In this document: positions 9,062 to 18,050 of the stretch, piece by piece | How positions within the stretch are numbered: position 1 is the stretch's first letter | How the letters are laid out: each line of letters starts with the position of its first letter | Assembly: GCA_963777125.1 (NCBI GenBank) | Contig: CAVZPN010000016.1 | Location: 295-64,294, forward strand | From: an uncultured archaeon | Lineage (GTDB): Archaea; Nanobdellota; Nanobdellia; Woesearchaeales; UBA9642 | Direction: 5' to 3' | DNA: 64,000 bases | Notes under the pieces: model-generated | What the model was told of the DNA's origin: nothing | Seen by the model: the letters and a program-made list of their open reading frames with translations, nothing else | The model's database searches: none | Made by a program: the position numbers and the translations under genes

Positions 9062-10346
9062 TGAACTAACAAGTTTTAATTATGAGGGTGCTGAAGGATT
9101 TACTGGCGATGATTTTCAAAACTTATTGAAAAATAACTATTTTAGAAAATACACCAATTGTATAAGATCAGACATAGGTAATGGATACTATATTGATGGC
9201 TCTGAAATAGAAACAATAACGCCACCAATAGCATTAAATAAAGGTTTTGCAACAAGATTAACTAATGCATTATTACTTGGAAGAAATTATATTATAACAA
9301 ATACGCCACATATGAAACATACTGGCTATTCAATGCATTGGAATTTAAGTCACGATGAAGCAAATTTTGAGTGGGATCAAATGGATAATACTAAACAAAC
9401 CATACTTAGCGATTTAAGTATTCCTTTCCAATTATTTGGACTAACACCCATTTCTTGCGGTTTTAATATTAGAGAACATAAATATAACGATAGATTCGAA
9501 ATATTAGGAGACTCATTAACTAATGAAGATCAAATAAAAGCCACGGCATTATTGCTTGGAGCGTATTCTAGTGCAATAGAACATAAAGATTTTTTCAAGA
9601 AGAATGCATTTCCATTAGAAAGCATAATCTTTTATGACAGGGAAAACAATTATGCTACAAATAAGTTAACAGAAGGTAGATATACAGAAGTATTATATAA
9701 AATAAATAAACCACATAATAATAGATATGACGACACACAAGCACAAAACATATTAGAACTATTTTATGATTGGTTAAGCCCGTACGTATACAAACTCGGA
9801 GAAAGAGCAGAAATAAACAATTTAGAAGCATTCATTAAAGGAGATAAAAAACTTGAAATGGATGATTTAAAATATTTTAAAACATTAAAAAATAAACAAA
9901 TAGAAAATGGCGAAGAAACAAATCAAAACACTTATAGTCCTTTAGAGGTGGAAACGCCAAATGGACCTAGAAGTCCAATACTTCAAGTATCTAAAAATAA
10001 AAGACTTAAAGTTCCAATTGAAGGTAAATTACTCGGAATATATGCTTCAAATAGTTCTTCTAATGAGAAATTTATTACAACTGACATGGAATGGGAAAAA
10101 ATAAAAATTGAAGAAATAGTAGAGGCCAAAACATGGTATGGAATAAATAAGTCAGTAAAAGAAGAAAAAATAATTTATGGCGTTCATGATATATATAAAT
10201 TTGCAGAAAAATACCAAAATAAAAAATACCGCGGAAGTAGAAATATATCAAACATTAAATTAAATAATACCATAACCGATGAATTAAAATTAAAACTAGA
10301 TGCCAGAATTAAATATGATGAGAGTAAAGATTTATCTGCATTATAA
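9030..10346 (+). CDS. PafA/Dop-like ligase fold protein, paralogue 5 (most divergent)
   Basis: Start placed at ATG 9030 (MTKQKYIGIENEL, as in the other paralogues); GNGYYIDGSEIETITP, MHWNL, RFEILGDS. Confidence 0.7.
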   Translation: MTKQKYIGIENELTSFNYEGAEGFTGDDFQNLLKNNYFRKYTNCIRSDIGNGYYIDGSEIETITPPIALNKGFATRLTNALLLGRNYIITNTPHMKHTGYSMHWNLSHDEANFEWDQMDNTKQTILSDLSIPFQLFGLTPISCGFNIREHKYNDRFEILGDSLTNEDQIKATALLLGAYSSAIEHKDFFKKNAFPLESIIFYDRENNYATNKLTEGRYTEVLYKINKPHNNRYDDTQAQNILELFYDWLSPYVYKLGERAEINNLEAFIKGDKKLEMDDLKYFKTLKNKQIENGEETNQNTYSPLEVETPNGPRSPILQVSKNKRLKVPIEGKLLGIYASNSSSNEKFITTDMEWEKIKIEEIVEAKTWYGINKSVKEEKIIYGVHDIYKFAEKYQNKKYRGSRNISNIKLNNTITDELKLKLDARIKYDESKDLSAL

Positions 10347-10387
10347 TAACATACAACAGAATAAAAAATCAACTAAAAAAACACAAA

Positions 10388-11455
10388 ATGATACCAAAAT
10401 ACCAAACCCCAATTAATTTAAAAACAAATCTCACAAAAACAGTTAATAAACTCAACAATAAAGATTTTGATGGAGAAATAAAACTTAGCATTTATGATAT
10501 AAAAACAGCTAGTTCGTTTGATATAAATGGTGATTCGTCAGGTTGGGCAGCATCAATAATAAAATTCCCAATAATGATTGCGGCAATGAAAGAAATAAGT
10601 AACAACAATCTCAATCTAGAAGAAAAATTAATAGTAGATCATAAATTCACACTTGAACGAACAGATATGATCTCTTGTATTCCTAATGGTGCATTAATCC
10701 CGTTACCTGAATTAGTTTGTGAAATGATTGTTAACTCAGACAATGAAGCAACTAATATGATTGCAAACAGAATTGGCATCGAAACAATCAATAACTTTAT
10801 GTGGGACATAAATATGAATAACTCGATGTTAGGACACTTATTATGTCCTAAAGTTCCAAGATACAGTTCAGAATTCAATAAAGACGGATCCAATATAACT
10901 ACGCCTAATGATATGGTGAAAGCCTTAAGGCAAGTGTATGATTCCAAATGTTCTAAATTAGATGCTAATACAAGAACATTATCAGATTATTTTTTTAAAT
11001 ACACTGAAAGAAACAAGATTAAATTCAAAATAGGATTTATATCAGATGATGACTACGGAGACGATGTTCATGAAGTAGGAATAATAGAAGATAGATTGAT
11101 ATATGCTATAATGATAAACAAAGTAGGACAAAAAGCAATAAAAAAGAATAAAATACATTTTAATAGAATATACGAAGATTATGAGGATAGAATTACCACA
11201 GTTGAAAGAAAATTTCAAAAAGTAAATAATATAACAGATATGCCTAATTATAATAGAAAAAAACTCATAATTAACACACAAACTGAGACCAATATAAACA
11301 ATTCTTGCAACAACAGACAATTTAATGTATTCTTAGACAAGGTAGCATTTGAACCTATAACAGAAAAGCAGTATAATCTTTTCATTTCACCAGCAAAAAA
11401 AGTACATTATATAATTAAAGATATTCTTAGAGAATATATCTATAATAGTCCTTAG
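10388..11455 (+). CDS. Serine hydrolase of the class A beta-lactamase / penicillin-binding-protein fold
   Basis: AASIIK (SxxK), MIVNSDNEATN (SDN), NITTPNDM and KIG (KTG-like); no signal peptide. Confidence 0.8.
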   Translation: MIPKYQTPINLKTNLTKTVNKLNNKDFDGEIKLSIYDIKTASSFDINGDSSGWAASIIKFPIMIAAMKEISNNNLNLEEKLIVDHKFTLERTDMISCIPNGALIPLPELVCEMIVNSDNEATNMIANRIGIETINNFMWDINMNNSMLGHLLCPKVPRYSSEFNKDGSNITTPNDMVKALRQVYDSKCSKLDANTRTLSDYFFKYTERNKIKFKIGFISDDDYGDDVHEVGIIEDRLIYAIMINKVGQKAIKKNKIHFNRIYEDYEDRITTVERKFQKVNNITDMPNYNRKKLIINTQTETNINNSCNNRQFNVFLDKVAFEPITEKQYNLFISPAKKVHYIIKDILREYIYNSP

Positions 11456-11533
11456 TTTATCAATAATAAAGTAATATTCTATAAAGTCATCTTAACCATA
11501 ACATTTTTAAATAACTCTTTTCTCCTTATTAAT

Positions 11534-11788
11534 ATGGAAGGCACAATCGTAAACTATCGTCGAAACAGTACAGGTCAAACTAATAATCATTTAGTTGTTA
11601 CAGTTCAAAATGTAGACACTAGAGAAAAAGCAACCAAGTTTGTTGGAAAGAAAGTTATCTATAATACTGGTAAAAAGGATATTGTTGGTAAAGTTAATAC
11701 AATACATGGTAATAGTGGTGCATTAAGAGCAGTATTTGAACAAGCAATACCTGGTCAAGCATTAGGCAAGAAAGTAAAAATAGAATAA
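11534..11788 (+). CDS. rpl35ae: 50S ribosomal protein L35Ae
   Basis: MEGTIVNYRR...GKVNTIHGNSGALRAVFEQAIPGQALG is the L35Ae signature. Confidence 0.9.
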   Translation: MEGTIVNYRRNSTGQTNNHLVVTVQNVDTREKATKFVGKKVIYNTGKKDIVGKVNTIHGNSGALRAVFEQAIPGQALGKKVKIE

Positions 11789-11935
11789 ATTATTCTTAAA
11801 TTCTTATTATATTTTCTTAAAACACCTATTTAATTAGATTTTAATCTAAAATAATTAAACATAATTTCAAATCATAAGCTTTTTATATTACCAATTCCAA
11901 TATAATAAAAGTATATTAAAAAAAGGTGATTATAT

Positions 11936-12349
11936 ATGGAAATTGTAATAGTTCCAGTAATTGTTATAGGTTTAGTTTTAGCAATATTAGAATTAATATT
12001 TGTTCATCAAGATGAAGCAGGAATGGGTTGGTTAACACACGGTTTACACGCAATACCTGTAATGTTTGTATTCATTTTCATTAGTATGAACATTCCATTA
12101 GTTGAAAAAATGCTTGGCATTGGTAACAATGTCTGGATTATTGTTGGTATAAGAACATTAATAGGAATAATTGCTGCAGTTAAAATTAGTGCAGCCGCTG
12201 CAGTTGCTGGAAGAGTTGGAGAAAAATTACCTCATACATTAATAATCGCAGGATTAATAATTGCAGCACCATTTATATGGGAATTATTTGCATGTACAAT
12301 ACCATTCATTAAAACATTACCAATGAACGGTTGTCCTGTAACTAAGTAA
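11936..12349 (+). CDS. Small integral membrane protein, hypothetical
   Basis: About four hydrophobic helices; AGGTGA Shine-Dalgarno upstream; T-rich tract downstream. Confidence 0.75.
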   Translation: MEIVIVPVIVIGLVLAILELIFVHQDEAGMGWLTHGLHAIPVMFVFIFISMNIPLVEKMLGIGNNVWIIVGIRTLIGIIAAVKISAAAAVAGRVGEKLPHTLIIAGLIIAAPFIWELFACTIPFIKTLPMNGCPVTK

Positions 12350-12350
12350 A

Positions 12351-12381
12351 GTTATTTTTTTATTTCTTTTTTTATAATTTT
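12351..12381 (+). terminator. Oligo-T tract, probable archaeal terminator
   Basis: Run of T tracts immediately after stop 12349. Confidence 0.4.
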
Positions 12382-12556
12382 ATATATAAAATAACAAGAA
12401 AATTTTATATTTTAATATGAAAATTAATTTTTGCTTCTAAAATTTTTAAATTATCATTTCTATAATAAATATGATCAGTTTGTAATTAAGCATGAAAAAA
12501 AGAAACATTTATATAGAAGCATATCAAGAATTGAGAATAACTGTTGAGGCGTATTA

Positions 12557-14668
12557 ATGAAAAGAGTTTCAAGTAACTTTTTATTACTGGTATTAGCAAT
12601 ATTCTTAGTAACTACACCAATAGTTTTAGGTGCAAATATCCTCGATAGTGTATTAAAACCTTTTTCTGGAATCGATATTGGAGACACTTATGCTAATCGA
12701 GGTTATGCTCCATTTATAGATGCAATAATATATTTTGTATTATTCATGAGTATCGCAAGTGCAGGCCTTGGTCAAACATTCAAAGATAATAAATCAATTT
12801 CAACAATGGTAGGAATTATGCTTGCTGTTGGAATGTGTGTATTCGAGTATACTAGCGGATTTAACATTGGAAAAATGGCGCCAGTTGCAGCATTAATATT
12901 TTTCCTAGTAATTGGAATATTTATCTATAATTTAATTAAAAATTTAACAGATCAAACATTTGCCGCAATATCACTAGCGTTTCTTGTAATGTATGGATTA
13001 GTACAGGCAATGGCACCAACATTACTTGAATGGATAAATGAAGTTAGTTGGTTAAATACAATAATAGGAATAATGCTTGTTGCATCCATCATAGGATTAA
13101 TATATGGAATAATATCATTATTTAAAGGAATAAAAAGCGGTTCATGGGGAGAAAGTCATACAGACAAAAAACATAAAGAAAAAAGTAAGGAAGATAAAGA
13201 AGAAGTAAAAAAAGAAGGAAAAGATATTGATAAAATAGAAAAAGCAGAAGAAAAATTAATGGATTTAGAAAGAGATATGGATAAACTAAATTCTACAATG
13301 AAAAATATTGAACAACTTGAGCAAAAATACTTAAATCAAGAAATGCTTAATAGAAGTGAACAAGTTGATGCAATAAGACAATTACTTCCAGTATTACAAA
13401 AAGCATATGGCGCGCAACAATTATTACAACAAATATATGCTAAACTTAAACAACCAGAATACGCTGGCTCAAAAGACGAAGTTATGCAAAGTGCAAAACA
13501 ATTAGATGAATTAATACAACAAGTAGACACACTATTACAAAAACTTGAAATTTCTGTACAAAAAACTGATGAAAGTGATACGCAATTTAAAGCACTTGAA
13601 GATCAATTCAATCTTGAATTCCAACGTATAGAAACAGATATCAATAAACTAAAAGATATTGATAAAGATTTAGAACTTATAAAAACAATTGATGAAGCAG
13701 AATACTTTAAGATATTAGAAAAATTAAAAGCAACTCATAAAGAACTAGATGAACTATATTTAATAAGAGCAAATATTGAAAAAATAGAACAAGAATTAAA
13801 ATTACAGGCAACAGCAATAAAAGTCATAGATGATAAAAACTTATCAGATATAAGAAAAGCAATAAATGATTTACGAACATCTGTTGAAAAAGATACCAGC
13901 ACAATTGATAATGCAATTAATTTATATTTAGATGCAAGCGATGTTAAAAAAGAAATTTCAACTAAATGGCGTGATAGTAAATTTGCGGGCGCAATGTCAG
14001 TTATTACAAATGGATACAAATATCTAAGTGCTAGTAGCTTTAGACAAGTGTATGTAAATTTTAGTGGCATATATAGTAGAATGTCAAAAGAATTATTACC
14101 ATTAATAAAAAATAGAAACGATAGTTTAGTTCAAAAAACAAAATTAATAGAATCATATACAAGCATCTCAAATACAGCTATAAAAGATATTAAAACAACA
14201 TATAATAATGAAATTAGTACATTACAAGCAACTTACACTAAAGAAATAGCAGCATTAGCAGCAAGTTTTGATTATATAATAAACAAAATAACTAGCGATA
14301 ACATAATAACAAATTTAAAATCAAAAGCAACTTTAATGACAGCAATAACTACAAATAGAGATACAATGGAAAAAGAGATTAATACATTTAAACCATGCAT
14401 AACTACACCAGTAATATTCACAGCATCAGGAAGCATTTCTCCAACTCCACTAAGTATCAAAAGTATTGGTCAAATACATCAAGATACAGCTGAATTTTTA
14501 GTTTCAAAATTAAATATAGCCTATAATAACTATAATGAACACACTTGTCAAGCAACAGCAAATGGTTTAGAAGTAGTTAGAGATAAAGCTAAAACAGAAG
14601 CAATTAATGACTTACAAGCAAATCTTGCAATACTAAGTAAAATTAAACCATTACCATTAACACCATAA
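12557..14668 (+). CDS. Membrane protein with N-terminal multi-TM domain and long coiled-coil C-terminus
   Basis: Signal/TM segments over about 190 aa (APFIDAIIYF), followed by an E/K/Q-rich heptad region. Confidence 0.8.
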   Translation: MKRVSSNFLLLVLAIFLVTTPIVLGANILDSVLKPFSGIDIGDTYANRGYAPFIDAIIYFVLFMSIASAGLGQTFKDNKSISTMVGIMLAVGMCVFEYTSGFNIGKMAPVAALIFFLVIGIFIYNLIKNLTDQTFAAISLAFLVMYGLVQAMAPTLLEWINEVSWLNTIIGIMLVASIIGLIYGIISLFKGIKSGSWGESHTDKKHKEKSKEDKEEVKKEGKDIDKIEKAEEKLMDLERDMDKLNSTMKNIEQLEQKYLNQEMLNRSEQVDAIRQLLPVLQKAYGAQQLLQQIYAKLKQPEYAGSKDEVMQSAKQLDELIQQVDTLLQKLEISVQKTDESDTQFKALEDQFNLEFQRIETDINKLKDIDKDLELIKTIDEAEYFKILEKLKATHKELDELYLIRANIEKIEQELKLQATAIKVIDDKNLSDIRKAINDLRTSVEKDTSTIDNAINLYLDASDVKKEISTKWRDSKFAGAMSVITNGYKYLSASSFRQVYVNFSGIYSRMSKELLPLIKNRNDSLVQKTKLIESYTSISNTAIKDIKTTYNNEISTLQATYTKEIAALAASFDYIINKITSDNIITNLKSKATLMTAITTNRDTMEKEINTFKPCITTPVIFTASGSISPTPLSIKSIGQIHQDTAEFLVSKLNIAYNNYNEHTCQATANGLEVVRDKAKTEAINDLQANLAILSKIKPLPLTP

Positions 14669-14694
14669 AATAAATCATAATAATACTATTTTAA

Positions 14695-15810
14695 ATGAAT
14701 TACAAAAAACTAACACCATATGCATTTGCATTAATATTCTTGTCAAACTTAGTTAGTGCAGCATCATTTAACTTAAATTCCCTTCTAAGTCCACTTTCAG
14801 GTAATACTATTGCAACTTTTTATCTTAGATATTTTGCATTTATTGATGCAATAATTTACTTAATATTATTCTTAAGCTTAGCACAGTTAGTATTCGCAAA
14901 AGTTTACAAAGATAATATTAAAGAATCTAAAATGATTGCAATAGCAATCGCACTTGCATTAACTGTTTCTATGACTGTACTTGAAATGCGAACAGGATTT
15001 CATCTAGGTCAACTAGCACCAGTTGGATTAATAATATTCTTATGTGTAATTGCAATATTATTATTTAATATATTTTTAGGATTATTTACTGGAGCTAATG
15101 GTAAAAGTGTTAGTGGCGCACTAACATATCTAATAATTTATGGATTATTAACCGTGCCTTTTAATACATTAAACAGTTGGATTGAACAAAATGTTTCATT
15201 ACTATCAGCCGTTCTTGCAATTGCAGCAATTGTTGCATTCATATATTTACTAATAGAATTATTTAAGGCAGTTGGACTTGGTGGCTCTAGTAGTACAACA
15301 CCAGTTCCTGGGCCTCAAGGACCTGCAGGACCAATAGGTCCAGTTGGACCACAAGGACCAGCAGCACCTACACCTGAGCAACCAATACCACCAGTAGTAC
15401 CTCCTCAACCATATCCTGATGATTTAAGAAATATTATTAATAATGATTATATTAATTCAATTGACAATGTAAATCACCTATATACCGAATATGCTAGAAT
15501 ATTTAATTTAATAATACAAATGCATTATAATGCAAGAAATCCTGGACAACCAGAACCAGGTCCTGCAGAATGGACCGCATTATTAAATGCAAGAAATGCA
15601 TTAATACAAGCAGAAAATCAATCAAATCAAATATTAAATGCGATAAGAACGCATGCTAATTATACAAGATTAAATGCTACAGATATAGCAACATTAAGTA
15701 ATGTAATGGCAATACATAGAAATATCTATAGAGCAGTAATTGATTATGAATTACTTGCAAGAAATGCATATAACAATAGAACTGCGCCACCAGCAATACC
15801 ACGACCATGA
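14695..15810 (+). CDS. Membrane protein with a paralogous N-terminal TM domain, short collagen-like and Pro-rich linker, helical C-terminus
   Basis: FAFIDAIIYL...GFHLGQLAPV matches APFIDAIIYF...GFNIGKMAPV of the upstream gene; GPQGPAGPIGPVGPQGPA. Confidence 0.8.
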   Translation: MNYKKLTPYAFALIFLSNLVSAASFNLNSLLSPLSGNTIATFYLRYFAFIDAIIYLILFLSLAQLVFAKVYKDNIKESKMIAIAIALALTVSMTVLEMRTGFHLGQLAPVGLIIFLCVIAILLFNIFLGLFTGANGKSVSGALTYLIIYGLLTVPFNTLNSWIEQNVSLLSAVLAIAAIVAFIYLLIELFKAVGLGGSSSTTPVPGPQGPAGPIGPVGPQGPAAPTPEQPIPPVVPPQPYPDDLRNIINNDYINSIDNVNHLYTEYARIFNLIIQMHYNARNPGQPEPGPAEWTALLNARNALIQAENQSNQILNAIRTHANYTRLNATDIATLSNVMAIHRNIYRAVIDYELLARNAYNNRTAPPAIPRP

Positions 15811-17510
15811 GTGATCACGACGAAATATTGAAAATTGTAAATGAATTAAATAAAAGTAAGAATGAATTAATTAAAGGTATGTCCGTATTTATTAGCGAAA
15901 GCAAACATGTAGCTCAAAAAACAACTAAAGAACAGGGCAAAGCTGAAGAAATATTAAAAAATATTAAAGAAGTTGAGAAATATGAATCAGTAAGTATTCC
16001 TGAAATTAAAATAACAGCCGAGTCTAAAGTAATAATAAGACCTCCTGGAAAAGTTCCACCAGCTACACCTAAAAAATCACATCCTAGTACTGATCCAACA
16101 ACAGATCCTAAAACAGTACCACCCGGTATAGTGCCAGGAACTGAACCTTCTGTTCCAGTTGAGCCAGCTAGCCCACAAATTCCAGATGAACAAGAAATAT
16201 TTTTAGATTTATCACCTGATTTTAATGGAGTAAGAAGTCAAGGAGCACTTGGCGCATGTACAGCTTTTGCTGCCACATCAACATTTGAATACATATTATC
16301 TTCTACTAACGAATTATCACCCTTATATCAATATTATAAAACAAGAGAAATAGAAGGAACAATTCTAAAAGATAATGGTGCTAGTAGTATGAATAGTGTA
16401 GTTACTAGTCTTCTTGCAAACGGAGTATGTTTTGAAACAAAATGGCCCTATAATATGCGTAAATTTGCTGATGCACCATCGGAAGAAGCATACTACGATG
16501 CGGTTCAAAAAAAGATTGCTCAAGTACATAGAATAACAAAAAAAGATCCTGATCAATGGGTTTATGCACTTGCAAATAAACATCCGCTAATCATTGCAAT
16601 ACAATGTCCGAATGATTTAGGCGCAAGTATACTATATCATAACACTAATCCTAAAACAAGCGGCGGACATGCAATGATAATTGTTGGTTACCATTCACAT
16701 TATCCAATAACTGACAAATCTGGAAAAACAAATGGTATAAAAGCATTTAAAGTCAGAAATAGTTGGGGACAAGATTGGTGTGAAAATGGTTATGTATGGA
16801 TAACAGCTGAAACTCTAACTAAAATATTAATGTATGATCCAATCATTATTACAGGTCAAACTTCTGAAAAACCAAATCCAAAACATCAAAAAGATGATAA
16901 AAAAGAAATGGAAAAAGAAACACAAAATGAAAAAAAAGTAGTTGATAATAATAAAGAATTAATAGAAAAAGTAAATAAAAAAGAGTTAATATTAAAGCAC
17001 ATATTAGGCAATATTCTTCCTAAGTTAATAGAATCAAAAGATATTAAAAAATCAAAAGAACATTTAAAAATATTAAAATCAGCCGTTAAAGATATAACTT
17101 CATTAAAAAATAGACTAACTTTTAATTATGTTGGAGATTTAGAAAAATTATCAGATATAACCAAGCTTCAAGAAGAATTACACACTACTAAATTGAAGGA
17201 CTATATCTGCGTTGATTTAGTTAGTGATATAGGATTAGAATTAATTAATGAAAAAGAGAAAGTATACAAATATCATCTTAATAATAGTAATGAAAAAGTA
17301 TTCGATTATTTATTAAATTATGAAAAAACACTTGATCAATTAATTCTATTTGCTAGCAATATACGTAAAAATTTACCCTATAATTCCGCACAATTAAGTA
17401 ATTTTATTGAAACATTAGATGAGAGTTCTCAAACACATAAAAAACTTAAAATACAAATAAAAACCATATTAGATAAACTAAAATTCATAAACAATATTAG
17501 AAAATCTTAA
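15807..17510 (+). CDS. Papain-like cysteine peptidase (C1 family) domain protein
   Basis: SQGALGACTAFA (Gln/Cys), GGHAMIIVGY (His), VRNSWG (Asn), WCENGYVWI; ATGA overlap with the upstream stop. Confidence 0.85.
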   Translation: MSDHDEILKIVNELNKSKNELIKGMSVFISESKHVAQKTTKEQGKAEEILKNIKEVEKYESVSIPEIKITAESKVIIRPPGKVPPATPKKSHPSTDPTTDPKTVPPGIVPGTEPSVPVEPASPQIPDEQEIFLDLSPDFNGVRSQGALGACTAFAATSTFEYILSSTNELSPLYQYYKTREIEGTILKDNGASSMNSVVTSLLANGVCFETKWPYNMRKFADAPSEEAYYDAVQKKIAQVHRITKKDPDQWVYALANKHPLIIAIQCPNDLGASILYHNTNPKTSGGHAMIIVGYHSHYPITDKSGKTNGIKAFKVRNSWGQDWCENGYVWITAETLTKILMYDPIIITGQTSEKPNPKHQKDDKKEMEKETQNEKKVVDNNKELIEKVNKKELILKHILGNILPKLIESKDIKKSKEHLKILKSAVKDITSLKNRLTFNYVGDLEKLSDITKLQEELHTTKLKDYICVDLVSDIGLELINEKEKVYKYHLNNSNEKVFDYLLNYEKTLDQLILFASNIRKNLPYNSAQLSNFIETLDESSQTHKKLKIQIKTILDKLKFINNIRKS

Positions 17511-17528
17511 CTAAATTGAAACATTTAA

Positions 17529-18050
17529 TTAAATTCCATACACTTTATTCTCAAGAACTTTCTTTACTCCTGGAGCACTCATATTGTATCTACGTGCTAT
17601 CTCACGCAGGCCAATTCCATTCTTATTATCTTCAAATATTTTCTTAACAATTAACATTTCTGCTTCATTAACAACTAATTTTCCATTCACAACATCATAG
17701 CCTTTTGGTGCTCGTCCAAGTGTTTTTCCTTCAATTTTTGCTTGCTGCATTCCTTTTTTTGTTCGTTTTGATGTTGATTTAATTGCTTTTCTAAATGTTT
17801 CAAGCATTTCAAATGGAATTTTTTCATTAATATAAGTATTAAAATATTTTTCTTCAACTGGAGCAAATTTATCGCATATTTTACATAATACAATCAACAA
17901 TTCTTCACCATATTCTCTATCCTTAAAACCTCGCGCTATGACATGAACTAATACATCCTCACCTAATTCATCTCTATATCCGCATTTTTGACAAGTATAA
18001 TTATATTTTTTTAAGATCTTGTCTTTAATTTGCAATGTTACATCAATCAT
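17529..18050 (-). CDS. HNH-like Zn-binding domain fused to a serine-recombinase C-terminal DNA-binding region (no catalytic Ser domain)
   Basis: YNYTCQKCG...VH...LCKIC followed by SKRTKKGMQQAKIEGKTLGRAPKGY and GLREIARRY. AGGTGA SD precedes ATG 18050, which overlaps the recombinase stop. Confidence 0.7.
   Translation of the reverse strand: MIDVTLQIKDKILKKYNYTCQKCGYRDELGEDVLVHVIARGFKDREYGEELLIVLCKICDKFAPVEEKYFNTYINEKIPFEMLETFRKAIKSTSKRTKKGMQQAKIEGKTLGRAPKGYDVVNGKLVVNEAEMLIVKKIFEDNKNGIGLREIARRYNMSAPGVKKVLENKVYGI

Noticed and set aside
3497-10346. Paralogue array as a diversity-generating retroelement target or CRISPR-like repeat array
   Set aside because: No reverse transcriptase in the window, no template/variable repeat pair with adenine-specific differences, and the repeats are coding blocks rather than repeat-spacer units.
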